DNA of 64,000 nt from Macrostomum lignano (taxonomy: Eukaryota): NCBI GenBank assembly GCA_002269645.1, contig NIVC01000010.1:434001-498000 (forward strand). Reading direction: 5' to 3'. Both the position numbers and the translations under genes were made by a program. The notes under the pieces are model-generated. The model saw only the letters and a list, made by a program, of their open reading frames with translations, ran no database searches and had not been told where the DNA came from. Positions 12,113 to 25,762 of the stretch are shown in pieces (position 1 is the first letter of the stretch; every line of letters begins with the position of its first letter).

Positions 12113-12840
12113 TCTCCTGCAAAACGGCTCTTATAAGCCGCAGTGTGTCAAAATGGCTCCCATAAGCCACAGTGTGTCAAAACGGCTCCCATAAGAATCA
12201 GTATGTCAAAACGGCTCCCATAAGAATCAATGGCTCGTACAATTTGGCTCCCATAAGCCGCAGTATGTCAAATCGGCTCTCATAAGCCGCAGTATGTCAA
12301 AACGGCTCCCATAAGAATCAATGGCTCGTGTAATTTGGCTCCCATAAGCCGCAGTGTGTCAAAATGGCTCCCATAAGCAACAGTGTGTCAAAATGGCTCC
12401 CATAAGAATCTATATATCAAAAGTGCTCATGCAAAACGGCTTCTATAAGCCGCAGTGTATCAAAACGGCTCCCATAAGAATCAGTATGTCAAAACGGCTC
12501 CCATAAGCCGTAGTGTGTCAGTTTGGCTCCCATAAGCCGCATTCTGTCAATTTGGCTCCCATAAGCAACAGTGTGTCAAAACGGCTCCCATAAGAATCAA
12601 TGGCTCGTGCAATTTGGCTCCCATAAGCCGTAGTGTGTCAATTCGGCTCTCGATTATAATTGGCTGTCTATGGTATGTACAATCTAGCGAGGAAATCTAT
12701 CACGAGGGTCGTTCGTGATCAATATACATGTATTCTATGGTCTATGGGGAGCGGGAATCCGAAATGCGCTAGGGAAATAAAAAAACGAATGTATTAGCCT
12801 TAGGGGAGCCATTTTGCATAGACGGGAGCCAAATTGACAT
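12113..12840. repeat. About 29-30-bp tandem array (GGCTCCCATAAG core) with inverted copies downstream
   Basis: ggctcccataag repeated 12113-12655; inverted ggggagccattttg and gggagccaaattgaca at about 12800-12840. May be a TE with subterminal repeats. Confidence 0.75.
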
Positions 12841-13545
12841 GAATTTCGTCTATGGCCGAAAGACTAGTCTTTAAGGCTAGCTAAAGCTATATATTGTAAC
12901 ACGACGAAGTGTGCATTTAACAGCATAGTCTATGGCCAAACTGTGGTAATCCTCTCTAGCTCTCCTCTATGTTTCGCTCTTCTCCTCTCCTCTTCAACGC
13001 GCACCTAACGCAACTGCAACCTCTTGTCTATGTGCTTTATTAATTATGCACTTGATATACAAATTACAGAATCTCCTATTTTAATTCTGATTATTATTGG
13101 AGATTTTACTAAATCGTTTCAAAGGTACATAATTCTTGAAGATGAAATTTCTCCAGAATTGGAGAAAATGAATTTGGGGTCAATGCCGCAGAGAGAATGG
13201 AACGGTGATGAGGGTTAATTGTGCCACTTTGTCGAATTTAGGCCCATAAAAGTCACCAATTTACGCACTAAAATCTCGCAAACCTCCGCTATGGCAAATT
13301 GTCGTCAGAACCGTTAAATAGAGCTTCATGTTAAATAAACGAACAAAGTTCTGTCCAATTATTGCAAGTAGTTCGAGCTGGCTTTATCGTGTGGGTAACT
13401 TTCCAAGTTTCCATTAAAATTGTAAACATTAACGAAAAAAGACACTGTCAAAGCTTTAATTTAGCCAGTATACAGTATGCACGGACTACTTAAGTATAAA
13501 CGACAATTAAGTAGTCCGTGACAGTATGCTGTCGAGCTAAGATGA

Positions 13546-14271
13546 TCACAGCAGTTTAAGTTTGAACCAGTCGGCGCTCGTCTCGATCTCCGCCTCCACC
13601 TGAGCGTCGGTGAACAGCAGCAGGCGGCAGGCTCTCAGCTTGCTGTTGTACAGCACGTGTCTGCAGCTGCCGTAAATCATAGCGGCTGCAACGCACTCAA
13701 AATCGCTGCTCACATGCGGCACATCCGTGAAGCAGTACTCGGTGTTGTAGATGGCTCTCTTGAACGCCACCTTCTTCCATTTGGCGAACCTCGGATCTGC
13801 AGAGGGGTCCTTGTACTCGCAAGCGAATCCATAGTTTAATTTGCAATTGGTGTCTTTGAGCAGTCCGAGTTTGTCCATTCGAATGCAGTTTTCAGCAGCA
13901 AATCCTGATGGTTCGTTTGAGGGAAACCGACTTTCGAGACTGGCGAAGCCGTTTCCGTTGACCCTCTGCCAGCCGGCTCTGCTCCGGTTTCTCTCATCGG
14001 CCAGGTCGCTCAGTCCGAGCCACAGCTCGCAGCCGCAGGATGAGCTGATGCCGCTGCGATTCAGTGCCAGGATGGAGCTGTGCGAGTTGACGAGCTCGCC
14101 TCCGATCGATGCGCACTGCCGATTGGCTGAGCACCAGCTGTGGCTGTGAGCTGTGCTCACGAACAGGCACAGACCGGCCTGCATGGTGAACGGTGCGGGA
14201 CACGGCAGGGCCTGCGACTGCAGCAGCTGGCAGCTCAGAAGCAGGAGCAGCAGCAGCTGCTTCATTGACAT
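13546..14271 (-). CDS. Secreted C-type lectin domain + PAN/apple-like domain protein, copy 1 (intronless)
   Basis: Leu-rich signal peptide; CTLD motifs (C..C, WLGLSD, EPS, ENC, C..FACE); C-terminal Cys pattern FECVAAAM..CRHVLYNSKLRAC. 241 aa. Confidence 0.85.
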   Translation of the reverse strand: MSMKQLLLLLLLSCQLLQSQALPCPAPFTMQAGLCLFVSTAHSHSWCSANRQCASIGGELVNSHSSILALNRSGISSSCGCELWLGLSDLADERNRSRAGWQRVNGNGFASLESRFPSNEPSGFAAENCIRMDKLGLLKDTNCKLNYGFACEYKDPSADPRFAKWKKVAFKRAIYNTEYCFTDVPHVSSDFECVAAAMIYGSCRHVLYNSKLRACRLLLFTDAQVEAEIETSADWFKLKLL

Positions 14272-14802
14272 TTACGCTAATGGATTGGGTATCGATCTGT
14301 CTGTCGAAGTCCAATAGTTTGTAGTTGTTTGTGACGCCAGTAAACGGCTTTACCAACACTAACGTCCTTGCTCTGTAAAAGTCCAAAGAGCCCGTGCTGT
14401 CAGTGCGGCTGCTTCAATTTTACCTCTCGCTATTGCTAGTTAAGTAGTCTCGTCTACTAATTACGATGTTAACTTCTAGTAGTCCTTGAGTCTACTCATC
14501 TCTCTATGAGAGAATCGTTTGAATCTTCCTCACGCGGTGGCGCTGCATTTGTGCCTCAATTATTTTGAAAATTTCTAGACGGACTTGAGTCGTACAAGTA
14601 GCTCATATTGAGGAAATCTTCTTGTCACCAAGACTCGGCGAATCTCTTTCCATTAAAGATTGTTACCTTTCAAGTCGGCGCGGGACTTTTTAATGAGCTG
14701 TTTGTTCACAATTATTACGTGAAAAGCTCTGTCTGACACTTTCAGGTACTTCGTCGACTCTACCAGAAACTTGACAGCTGTCGGCTCTTTTTACCAAGCA
14801 GA

Positions 14803-15149
14803 CATTGCCCAAGGCATTAACCCAAGGCATTAACCCAAGGCATTAACCCAAGGCATTAACCAAAGGCATTAACCCAAGGCATTAACCCAAGGCATTAACC
14901 CAATGTATTAACCCAAGGCATTAACCCAAGGCATTAACCCAATGTATTAACCCAAGGCATTAACCCAAGGCATTAACCCAAGGCATTAACCCAAGGCATT
15001 AACCCAAGGCATTAACCCAAGGCATTAACCCAAGGCATTAACCCAAGGCATTAACCCAAGGCATTAACCCAAGGCATTAACCCAAGGCATTAACCCAAGG
15101 CATTAACCCAAGGCATTAACCCAATGTATTAACCCAAGACATTTAACCC
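14803..15149. repeat. 13-bp minisatellite TTAACCCAAGGCA, about 26 units
   Basis: Near-perfect tandem units with occasional ttaacccaatgta variants; lies in the divergent CTL/GST intergenic region. Confidence 0.95.
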
Positions 15150-15512
15150 GACAGACAAGACGGACCTAAACAGACATTTTAGCACCAGTCTTTGCCCGTT
15201 AAGGATTAGACAAATTTCAGTTTGAGCGATTTCAACCTAGTGGAAAGGGGTATTAGTACTATCTAGTAGTAACTCTTACAGCCTATGAATTGAATACGCT
15301 AGTAGCTAAATGTACAAGATAACAGGACAGGCAGTGACGAGCAACAACAAGCAGAAGATAGAGCAAAATAGGACCCAACTAAACCAGTCTTTATCTTCCT
15401 AAAGCAGTCAATTGCGATAAACAGCGCGCGACTGAAAACAATTATAAACGCTAGAGCTAGCTGTTGAAGTGTGCGCCACGCAGTCACCCCAGAGCCCAGA
15501 CAACTCGCAGCC

Positions 15513-16605
15513 ATGAGCTACAAGCTGTACTACTTCGACGGCCGCGGACGTGGAGAAATTATCCGTCTGGTCTTCGCAGCCGCTGGGGTCGATTTCGAAG
15601 ACATTCGATTCGATTTGGAAGAATGGGAAAGCAAGTACAGGGCGATCTCGCCTACGGGCTTGTGTCCGTACTTGGTCGACCCGGTGACCGGGAAAACGCT
15701 GGTGCAAAGTGGCGCCATCGCCAGACTGCTGGCTGCGAGATCCGGCCTGGCAGCCAGCGATGAGCAGGAGTTCTACAGAGTTGAGAGAATCCTGCACCAG
15801 GTTAGCGCTTCGGGGTTCAACCATAAGTAGGAAATTTTCTTACAAACTACTGACAAAACAGTAGCATATCAAACCATAAATTCTTTTCTGAGGCTGTTAA
15901 ATACAGGGGTTGAGGCCTAGTGGTTAGGGTGTCGGACTTACAACAGAAAGGTCGGGGGTTCGATTCTCGACCAACTCGGAAAATCTGTGTCCTTGAGCAA
16001 GACACTTATAACTCTGCATTGCTTCAGTTCACCCAGCTGTAAAATGGGTGCCAGCATTAGCTGGGGTAATTGAGACTGTGTGTGGCGACCCCCCCCCCCC
16101 AGTCCTTGGACTGAACAGCCGTACGCAGCCTTCAGGCGAGCTGTGGGTCATATAATTAGACAATTTAACAAGCTTTTGTCAATCGAGCATCATATCGAAA
16201 GAACTGGTGACTATTAAAGCTAGAACCTTTGCTCCATTCCCCTACGCTGAAAAGCTCACGGACATCGAGGACCTCGCCATCGACATACTATTCGGCCCGG
16301 AGGAGAAGCGTCCAGCTTTCAAGAAGGAATTCCTGGAGACCAAGGCGCCTTACCATTTCGGCATCCTGGCCGGGTACCTGCGGGAGGCCTCCGACTCGAA
16401 GTTCGCCGCAGCTGGAAAGAGCCTCACCTTGGCCGACCTGGCCCTCATCAACCTGATCGACTTCATGGAGTTCATCGGCCCCGAGGCCCAGGAGCTCGCG
16501 GCCGGCTTCGTGGAGTTCGCCGCCCACCGGAAGCACGCGCTCGAGTCGAACAAGAAACTGGCCGACTATCTGGCCAACCGGAAACCGGGAGCGCTGCCGT
16601 TCTAG
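15513..16605 (+). CDS. Glutathione S-transferase (sigma/mu-like, N-terminal Tyr type), copy 1; exons 15513-15800 and 16255-16605
   Basis: [40 protein letters not shown]. Phase-0 intron GT at 15801, AG at 16253-16254; joined product 212 aa. Confidence 0.92.
15906..16160 (+). mobile_element. tRNA-derived CORE-type SINE (family A) in the GST1 intron
   Basis: A box (tagtggttagg) and B box (ggttcgattct), then gtgtccttgagcaagacactt..tcagttcacccagctgtaaaatggg, which resembles the MIR/CORE domain. Second copy at 41720. Confidence 0.8.
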
Positions 16606-17454
16606 AGATCTAGAGAACGAGCCGAGTTCGGAGACAAAGCTTATAATCATTTTTCAAAGAATTAATTTTCATCGACAAAACTACAGTAGAAGGACGCCTA
16701 CGCTCGATTTCTAAGAAATTCGAATTCTAGCTTCTTAACTTCAACTTTAACTGTCCATTTTAGTTACAAAAACAAGCCAATCTACTGTAACTGCATGACA
16801 TAGAGGCGTTTGTTAGTTTGGCGTATATCTGAACGTTGTTATCAAATCATTTGCGGAAATACATAGGTCAAGCGTTTGCTAATGACTTAAATCGAAACTT
16901 AGTACCGTAGTTAAAAAATTTAATCAGAACTACCAACCATTATCAGCGTCAATTTAGGGAGATTAGAGGAATGCAGTCTTACAATAACTTGTATTTTAAA
17001 ATATTCCACAACAAATCTATGCTAAACACTACTAGCTATAGTGGCCTCCACGTGTTTGGGTGAAATTGCGGTCAGATTTTTTACTTTAGCGGCAAAAATA
17101 AAAAGAGGAAACGCACACCCTGCATGTGCAGTTTGCAACAGCTGCTTTGTTTAGTGCTTCCTCGCGAGCAAAACAGCTTACGAGCACTAACGAACTAGTT
17201 ACTCAAGGCTGGGTAGTGCGCAAACTCTATCCCTTACCCCGGACTCACTGTACACTCTAGCCTGCTTACTCTGTATCGCAGTACTCTAATTGGTAGCATT
17301 TTATAAAAATTCCCCGAAGTGCGGCTTTCACTTCTGTTTCATCGGTACCTATAATACAGATAGATGCAGTAGACGCATCGAATTAAAGAGAACGAAACTA
17401 TTTTTTCCAAGGAAAATACATTTTGTCACCAGTTCCCGCAAGGCGATCTACATG

Positions 17455-19599
17455 ATGAGCTACAAGCTGTACTACTTCGACATGCGCGGCAGAGCGGAAG
17501 TCATTAGGCTTGTGCTCGCTGCGGCAGGCGTCGAGTTTCAGGACATCCGGTTCAGCAGAAACGAATGGATGGCCAAGTACAAGGCGATGGCGCCAACCGG
17601 AGTAGCGCCCTTCCTGGATGACCCGGTGACAGGTAGCACGCTGGTGCAGAGCAATCCCATAGCTGCCCTGCTGGCTAAGAGGTTCAACTTGATGAGCAGC
17701 GATCCATTTGAGTGCTACCTTGTGGATCGATTGATCTATCAGGTGAGTGCATCGCGTATTATATTATTGCAATATAATAATTGAACTCTCAATTATTAAT
17801 AAAATAAAATACATACATGTTATAATAAAAAACATACATGAACTCTAGAACAGCTACAGGTCGGCAAACTCCCTCTATCTCGCTGAGACTTCACAATAGC
17901 AATCCGGCCCGCTCAAGGTTTGTTTCTCTTCTCAGCTCTGTTACTTTTTTAGCTAACCCCCTGAGGCAACAAAAGTTTGTCCACCCTGCGGAACATTTGT
18001 CGAAAAATTCGTGTCTTCAGGCTATACCGACGCAAAATTAGCGAAGAAACCGTATCAAGATGCATTATCATCTCATCAGACTTCACCTTCTTTTGAAATA
18101 ATATTTTTGATTGCCTGCATCAGCGAGTGCAACAACAATATATTATAATAGTCTTTATTCTACACAATGTCTTAGCAGACGGACGCTCTCGCATGTGAGC
18201 TAAAGCAAGGTTCTCTTCCATATACCTATCTGTTGTCAAATTGCTCTACAGTTCTCTACAACGGTGCATAGGGTAAAATTGAACAGCAAATGAAGTTAAA
18301 CAAGCGCATTCTATTAGCACTGAGCATTTTGAAACAGCTGTTCTGCACTACTACGAGTATGCATGATTATTGTGCATGTGTGCATGATGCATGAGACACA
18401 ATAATAGCCATTAGTTTTGGCCATTATTCAACAGTTGCACCCGCTATTCATATTTACCACAGGTACGAAAAATTCATCACGTGACTGCCTTCCCCACGTA
18501 TTCAACTCTCTTTTTTATCTTAGCATCCGCGTGAAATAAGGAAGGGTAGATCGTTCAGTATGTTCATGTAGCTGGGCTGAATAATGATACAGGTTTCGGG
18601 CCATTCTTTAACTACGACGTATGCTACACACTGCATAGGTGCCATTGTTTCACACTTATTTCACGCTAATGCAACCATAAGGCTAGAGGTTTGATACATG
18701 ATAAACATCGGGAAACAGTCACGTGATAAAATTTGTGTACATTGGGGAGTAATCTGTGGAATAATGGCCAAAACTAATAGCTATTGTGTCTGGATGAAAG
18801 TATATCTATGCAATGACACCTGCGCTTGGCACCTGCGTGAGTCGAAATTGCTTCAATCAATTTTAAAATGTGTCTGTACATTGATTTGAGCAATCTTTAA
18901 CTCGCGGAGCTAAACAATTTCCAGTTCAGATTACCGATTTCCAACATTCAGATTAACGATTTCTAACGTTCAGATTATTGATTTCCAACATTCAGATCAG
19001 ATTACCGATTTCCAACATTCAGATTACCGATTTCCAACATTCAGATTACCGATTTCCAACATTGAGATCAGATTACCGATTTCCAACATTCAGATTACCG
19101 ATTTCCAACATTCAGATCAGATTACCGATTTCCAACATTCAGATCAGATTACCGATTTCCAACATTCAGATTACCGATTTCCAACATTCAGATTACCGAT
19201 TTCCTACATTCAGATTACCGATTTCCAACATTCAGATTACCGATTTCCTACATTCAGATTACCGATTTCGCCGAAGAAGCAATCGCTCCAGCGCTGTACG
19301 GCCCTGCGGGGAGTCGAGAAGCTGCCAAGCAGGAGTTCCTCGAAGCCAAAGGACCGCGCCATTTTGCCAGCCTGGTGAAGTTGATGCAGGACTCCGGCGG
19401 TAGCGGTGGATTCGCCGTTGGAGACTCGCTCACTTTAGCTGATCTGGCCATCATCAACCTGCTTGACTTCGTTGACTGCATGGGACCGGAGGCGCGCCGC
19501 CTGATGTCCAGCTACCCTCAGCTGGCAGCTCATCGCGAACGCGTTCTGGCATCGAACAAAAACCTTGCCGCTTACATTGCCAATAGGAAAGGCTATTAA
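17455..19599 (+). CDS. Glutathione S-transferase, copy 2; exons 17455-17742 and 19258-19599
   Basis: [19 protein letters not shown]; donor GTGAGT at 17743, the same position and phase as GST1. Exon 2 reads [31 protein letters not shown]; joined product 209 aa. Confidence 0.9.
18918..19268 (+). repeat. 22-bp minisatellite (27-bp variants) built from the GST2 splice acceptor
   Basis: Unit TTCCAACATTCAG|ATTACCGAT, about 15 copies; the last copy is the in-frame acceptor. Confidence 0.92.
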
Positions 19600-19712
19600 A
19601 TAGTTGTTTTAAACATTTGCGTAACTGCATTGTGCAGGATTTTGGCTGTGAATTGATTAAAACAATTAATTGCCAGCGATTTAGGTTAGGTGAAAGTTAC
19701 GTTTTAGGTTAC

Positions 19713-20086
19713 GGGGCCGTAGCCTAGTGGTCCAGCGCGGCGCTCTGGTGTGCCAGCGGCCCAGGCTCGATTCCAAGTGCAGTTACATTAATTTAGGGCT
19801 AAATTGGAATCTCGGCTTGGCTCTGCTCGTGCAATTGACGCCCTTCAAGGCCAACCCCCAAAACACAGTAAAGTGTACATGACTAACGATAAATAAAGTT
19901 AGAGCCGCTGTACACTCTTGTGTGAGTGTGTGCCTGTGCGTATGACTGCGTACGTATCCTTGCGCTTGTGTGCCTGCTCAGGGGAGTCGGCGGAAGGGGC
20001 AGCAATGCCTCTCGCCGGTTGCGTGACAGTGTCGCTTAAAGTGCGCTGGGATACGCACAGCCCCCTGCCTCTAATAAAGAAGAAAA
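19713..20086 (+). mobile_element. tRNA-derived SINE family B, copy 1
   Basis: Head ggggccgtagcctagtggtccagcgcgg..ggctcgattcc with A/B boxes; clearly homologous copies at 21893 and 56251. Confidence 0.85.
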
Positions 20087-20730
20087 TTGCCAACTGAAAC
20101 GACCGAGTCCGCGATGGACTTTTTAAGCATAAAAAGTGAGTTAGCAATTTAAATAATGCATTCAATAGTGATTATACGTTATTTAAACAACTATTGCACC
20201 AAAAGGTATGGAAAAATTAGCAAATTTCAGTTCAGTCTATCAACTATTCGATCCGAAATTTGTTTCTGATGTTTCTGATTTGCCACTTAAGTCTGGCAAG
20301 CCATCAGGCTGTTGAAAAAAGATTAAACATCCTACACAGTTGTGAAGCATCACTCGAACTCGAGAGCAATCCAGTGGTAGCATCAAAACAGAAATTCTCG
20401 CACTTCTATCACGAAACTGCGAGAATGTTTATTTAGCTTGCTAATCGCCCAATCGCAGCTCGGTCAGAAAAGCAATTCTTCTCGAATCATTCAGCAATTT
20501 GAAGCTTAAGAACATCTTCGACACGGATGCCACAAGAACTCTTGAGCAGAGAGAGCCTGAGACAGTTTCAACACTTCAATGCAACAGACAAATAAAAACG
20601 ACACCACAATTGTTTTAAATACCTAAAACTCGAATTAAAAAACCGTATACTGTTTTAACTCTGCTTTGGAGATTAGCTTAGCCTCAGTGAATTTAGCTAC
20701 AGAATACGTTACCGGATCTGTGAGTCAGCC

Positions 20731-21441
20731 ATGCTGCTGCTGCTGCTTCTGAGCTGCCAGCTGCTGCAGTCGCAGGCCCTGCCGTGTCCCGCACCGTTCA
20801 CCATGCAGGCCGGTCTGTGCCTGTTCGTGAGCACAGCTCACAGCCACAGCTGGTGCTCAGCCAATCGGCAGTGCGCATCGATCGGAGGCGAGCTCGTCAA
20901 CTCGCACAGCTTCATCCAGGCACTGAGTAGCAGCGGCATCAGCTCATCCTGCAGCTGCCAGCTGTGGCTCGGACTGAGCGACCTGGCCGATGAAAGAGGC
21001 AAGAAGAGAGACGGCTGGCAGAGGGTCAACGGAAACGGCTTCGCCAGTCCCGAAAGTCTGTTTCCCTCAAACGAACCATCAGGACTTGCTGTTGAAAACT
21101 GCATTCGGATGAACGAACTCGGACTGCTCAAAGACACCAATTGCAAATTAAACTTTGGATTCGCTTGCGAGTACAAGGACCCCTCTGCGGATCCGAGGTT
21201 TGCCAACTGGAAGAAAGTGTCGTTCAAGAGAGCCATCTACAACACCGAGTACTGCTTCATCGATGTGCCGAATGTGAGCAGCGCTGTTGAGTGCGTTGCA
21301 GCCGCTATGATTTACGGCAGCTGCAGACACGTGCTGTACAACAGCAAGCTGAGAGCCTGCCGCCTGCTGCTGTTCACCGACGCTCAGGTGGAGGCGGAGA
21401 TCGAGACGAGCGCGGACTGGGTCAAGTTCTATTTGGTCTGA
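20731..21441 (+). CDS. Secreted C-type lectin + PAN/apple-like protein, copy 2 (intronless)
   Basis: 236 aa, colinear and highly similar to 13546-14271 but on the opposite strand. Confidence 0.85.
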   Translation: MLLLLLLSCQLLQSQALPCPAPFTMQAGLCLFVSTAHSHSWCSANRQCASIGGELVNSHSFIQALSSSGISSSCSCQLWLGLSDLADERGKKRDGWQRVNGNGFASPESLFPSNEPSGLAVENCIRMNELGLLKDTNCKLNFGFACEYKDPSADPRFANWKKVSFKRAIYNTEYCFIDVPNVSSAVECVAAAMIYGSCRHVLYNSKLRACRLLLFTDAQVEAEIETSADWVKFYLV

Positions 21442-21892
21442 TTGATCTGAGGCTTTGAGACGGAGCAATGTTGAAAATAAATGATGATTTTAAATATCAA
21501 ACTTTTCGCTTGATCCCAAATTTGTTCCGAGCTTTGTCTTAAACATCGATGCAAGCAAGAAATTTCTAGTAGGCCGGCAGGAGTTTTAAAGGAGTCTTGA
21601 AGAAGATTCCTTTAGAGGCTTCATATTAGAATACTTAGTCGATGCTTCGTCAACTTAATCAAGGATGGATTATCCGGTAGGTAGTTCCGTTAGAAAGTTT
21701 TAAGAAATCTTGGTTTTTCAATTAGTTTTTATGGTCAGGAATAAATGGGTCGGTGATTTTCAAGTCGCGTCCAGGATGGGCCTCGGAGAAATCGGGAAGG
21801 ACAGCTCGTTGGGTTGAAAAAACAGCCGAGCTGTATAAAAGTATGGCTGTTATGGCCTCATTAGTATGTTATACAATAATGGATAGTGAGAA

Positions 21893-22258
21893 GGGGACCG
21901 TAGCCCAGTGGTCCAGTGCGGCGCTCTGATGCGCCAGCGACCCAGGCTCAATGCCCAGTACAGTCACATTAATTTGGGGGCTAAATTTGACTCTCGGCTT
22001 GGCTCTGCTCGTGAAATTGACCCCTTTGAGGGCCAACACCCAAGGCACAGTGAGGTGTACATGCCTAACGATAAATAAAGTTAGGGCCGCTGTACACTCC
22101 TGTGTGAGTGTGTGTCTGTGCGTATCCGCGCGCTTTTGTGCTTGCTCAGGGGAGTCGGCGAAATGGGGGCAGTAATGCCTCTCAACGGTTGTGTGCATGA
22201 CAATGTCGCTTAAAGTGCGCTGGGTGCATACAACCCCCCCCCTGCCTGTAATCTGAAA
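21893..22258 (+). mobile_element. tRNA-derived SINE family B, copy 2
   Basis: Colinear with 19713-20086. Confidence 0.85.
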
Positions 22259-23446
22259 AGGGAATTGTAAGGCTACGAGTACAATAGAATAAATAATAGA
22301 CGATAACTACTCGTATTTTAGTAAATCAAGTTGCAAAATAATTAAATTTTCCTAAAATAGAGACTTTACTGCAGTTCGAGTCATTCTCACTTGAAGCTTT
22401 ACAGAAGACAAAAAAATCAGGTATAGCTTGGGAATGGAAAGTGACCTAGCTAGATTGTTATTTGCATATCGCCAGGCAAACCTTTTCTACACGAAATGCA
22501 CACAAGGTCAGCCCAAATCCCGATAAATGTCAACTGCTTTTCGAACCCTGTAAAACAGAAACACATGGCTTGTAACTTCTCTATACATTTTCTTCCCTGA
22601 AATTTTCTGCTTCCGGAACAGCAGACTGCACGGGAAGAGAAAAGAGATAGATTGCAGTAGACGATGAACGAAACGAAGTGGTGGAAAATCCCCCAACGCG
22701 CTGCTGCATCACATACAAATGCTGACTAATCGTCCCATATAGTTTTCGCGCGTCGAGTGTGTCTCTCTGCAGGGAGGAAAAATTCGGGCAGAGGGCTCGC
22801 GCGCGCAGTTCCCGGTAACCTTTCCACCGATCTTGCGCCCAGGTAAGCAAGCCGCGAGCCCCTGGGGTACAGGGAGAAGGGAATGCCGAAAGATGGCGAA
22901 TCCGATCGATAGAAAAGAGGCTGCAGAGCGCCATCATCGATTGGGAACGGGATGTGCGGTGCCGGCGCCTCTCCATCCCTGTCTTGAATTCTGGGCCTGC
23001 CATTTCGAAGTTGCGGAATGCCATTAGACCAGGTAAGCCGGTGCAGTTCGCAGTCGACATTTCCTGATGCGTGCTGTGTCGAATCCCTTCCCTCACCCAC
23101 CCCCTCCCCTACAGATGCGGAGGTGCGCCGGTCGGGCAATTACATGCAAAGTTCTGCGCAGCCCTTTCAGGGATCTGCTGAATCACTTTTTAGGTCTGCC
23201 CCGCAGAGCGGTCGAGTGGACTAGGAAGGGGGGGTTGGTGGAAAGCGGACTGCCTAAAGCCACTTTTGGGATAAAAGAAACGGGCTGGTGGCCGATTTCT
23301 GGTTACCTCCACTCCCTTCACACGATCGCCGTCATAAGTTTTTGATATCTCTGCTCTTGCCTGCACCCGTTGCACAAACCTTCGCTCCAGGATTCCATTG
23401 TTGGCGCCTTCATTCATTGTAAGGAACTGACTCTCCTTAGCTAGCT

Positions 23447-25521
<2,075 letters not shown>

Positions 25522-25654
25522 GCGGCTTCACCATATCGATCTGCAATTGGGGTGTTGGGAAATGTTCTGCAGAATTTTATTAGCTAGTTTAATTTAACGA
25601 CTATTTTTGGGATAGGATAATAACTAATAAATAATAAATAAGCGATTACAACTA

Positions 25655-25762
25655 CCCCTATTGGACACAAGGACACAAATCGTTCCGGGTGTTGAGTCGA
25701 GAATCGAACCCCCGACCTTTCAGTCGTGAGTCGTACGCTATATACCAATAGGCTACAACCCC
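25655..25762 (-). mobile_element. Truncated tRNA-derived SINE head related to family A
   Basis: Reverse complement reads ggggttgtagcctattggt..aaggtcgggggttcgattctcgac..tttgtgtccttg. Confidence 0.7.

Noticed and set aside
15906-15975. tRNA-like sequences here and at 19713, 21893, 25690 and 41720
   Set aside because: A/B boxes are present but there is no closing acceptor stem, and each continues into a shared SINE body; these are not tRNA genes.
18455-18750. Imperfect inverted repeat around atcacgtgactg in the GST2 intron
   Set aside because: Too degenerate to define ends or a TSD.
22500-23420. GC-rich block with several ORFs and cag/gtaag donors upstream of the RLC gene
   Set aside because: No domain recognised; may be 5' UTR exons or a decayed TE, but this cannot be supported from sequence alone.
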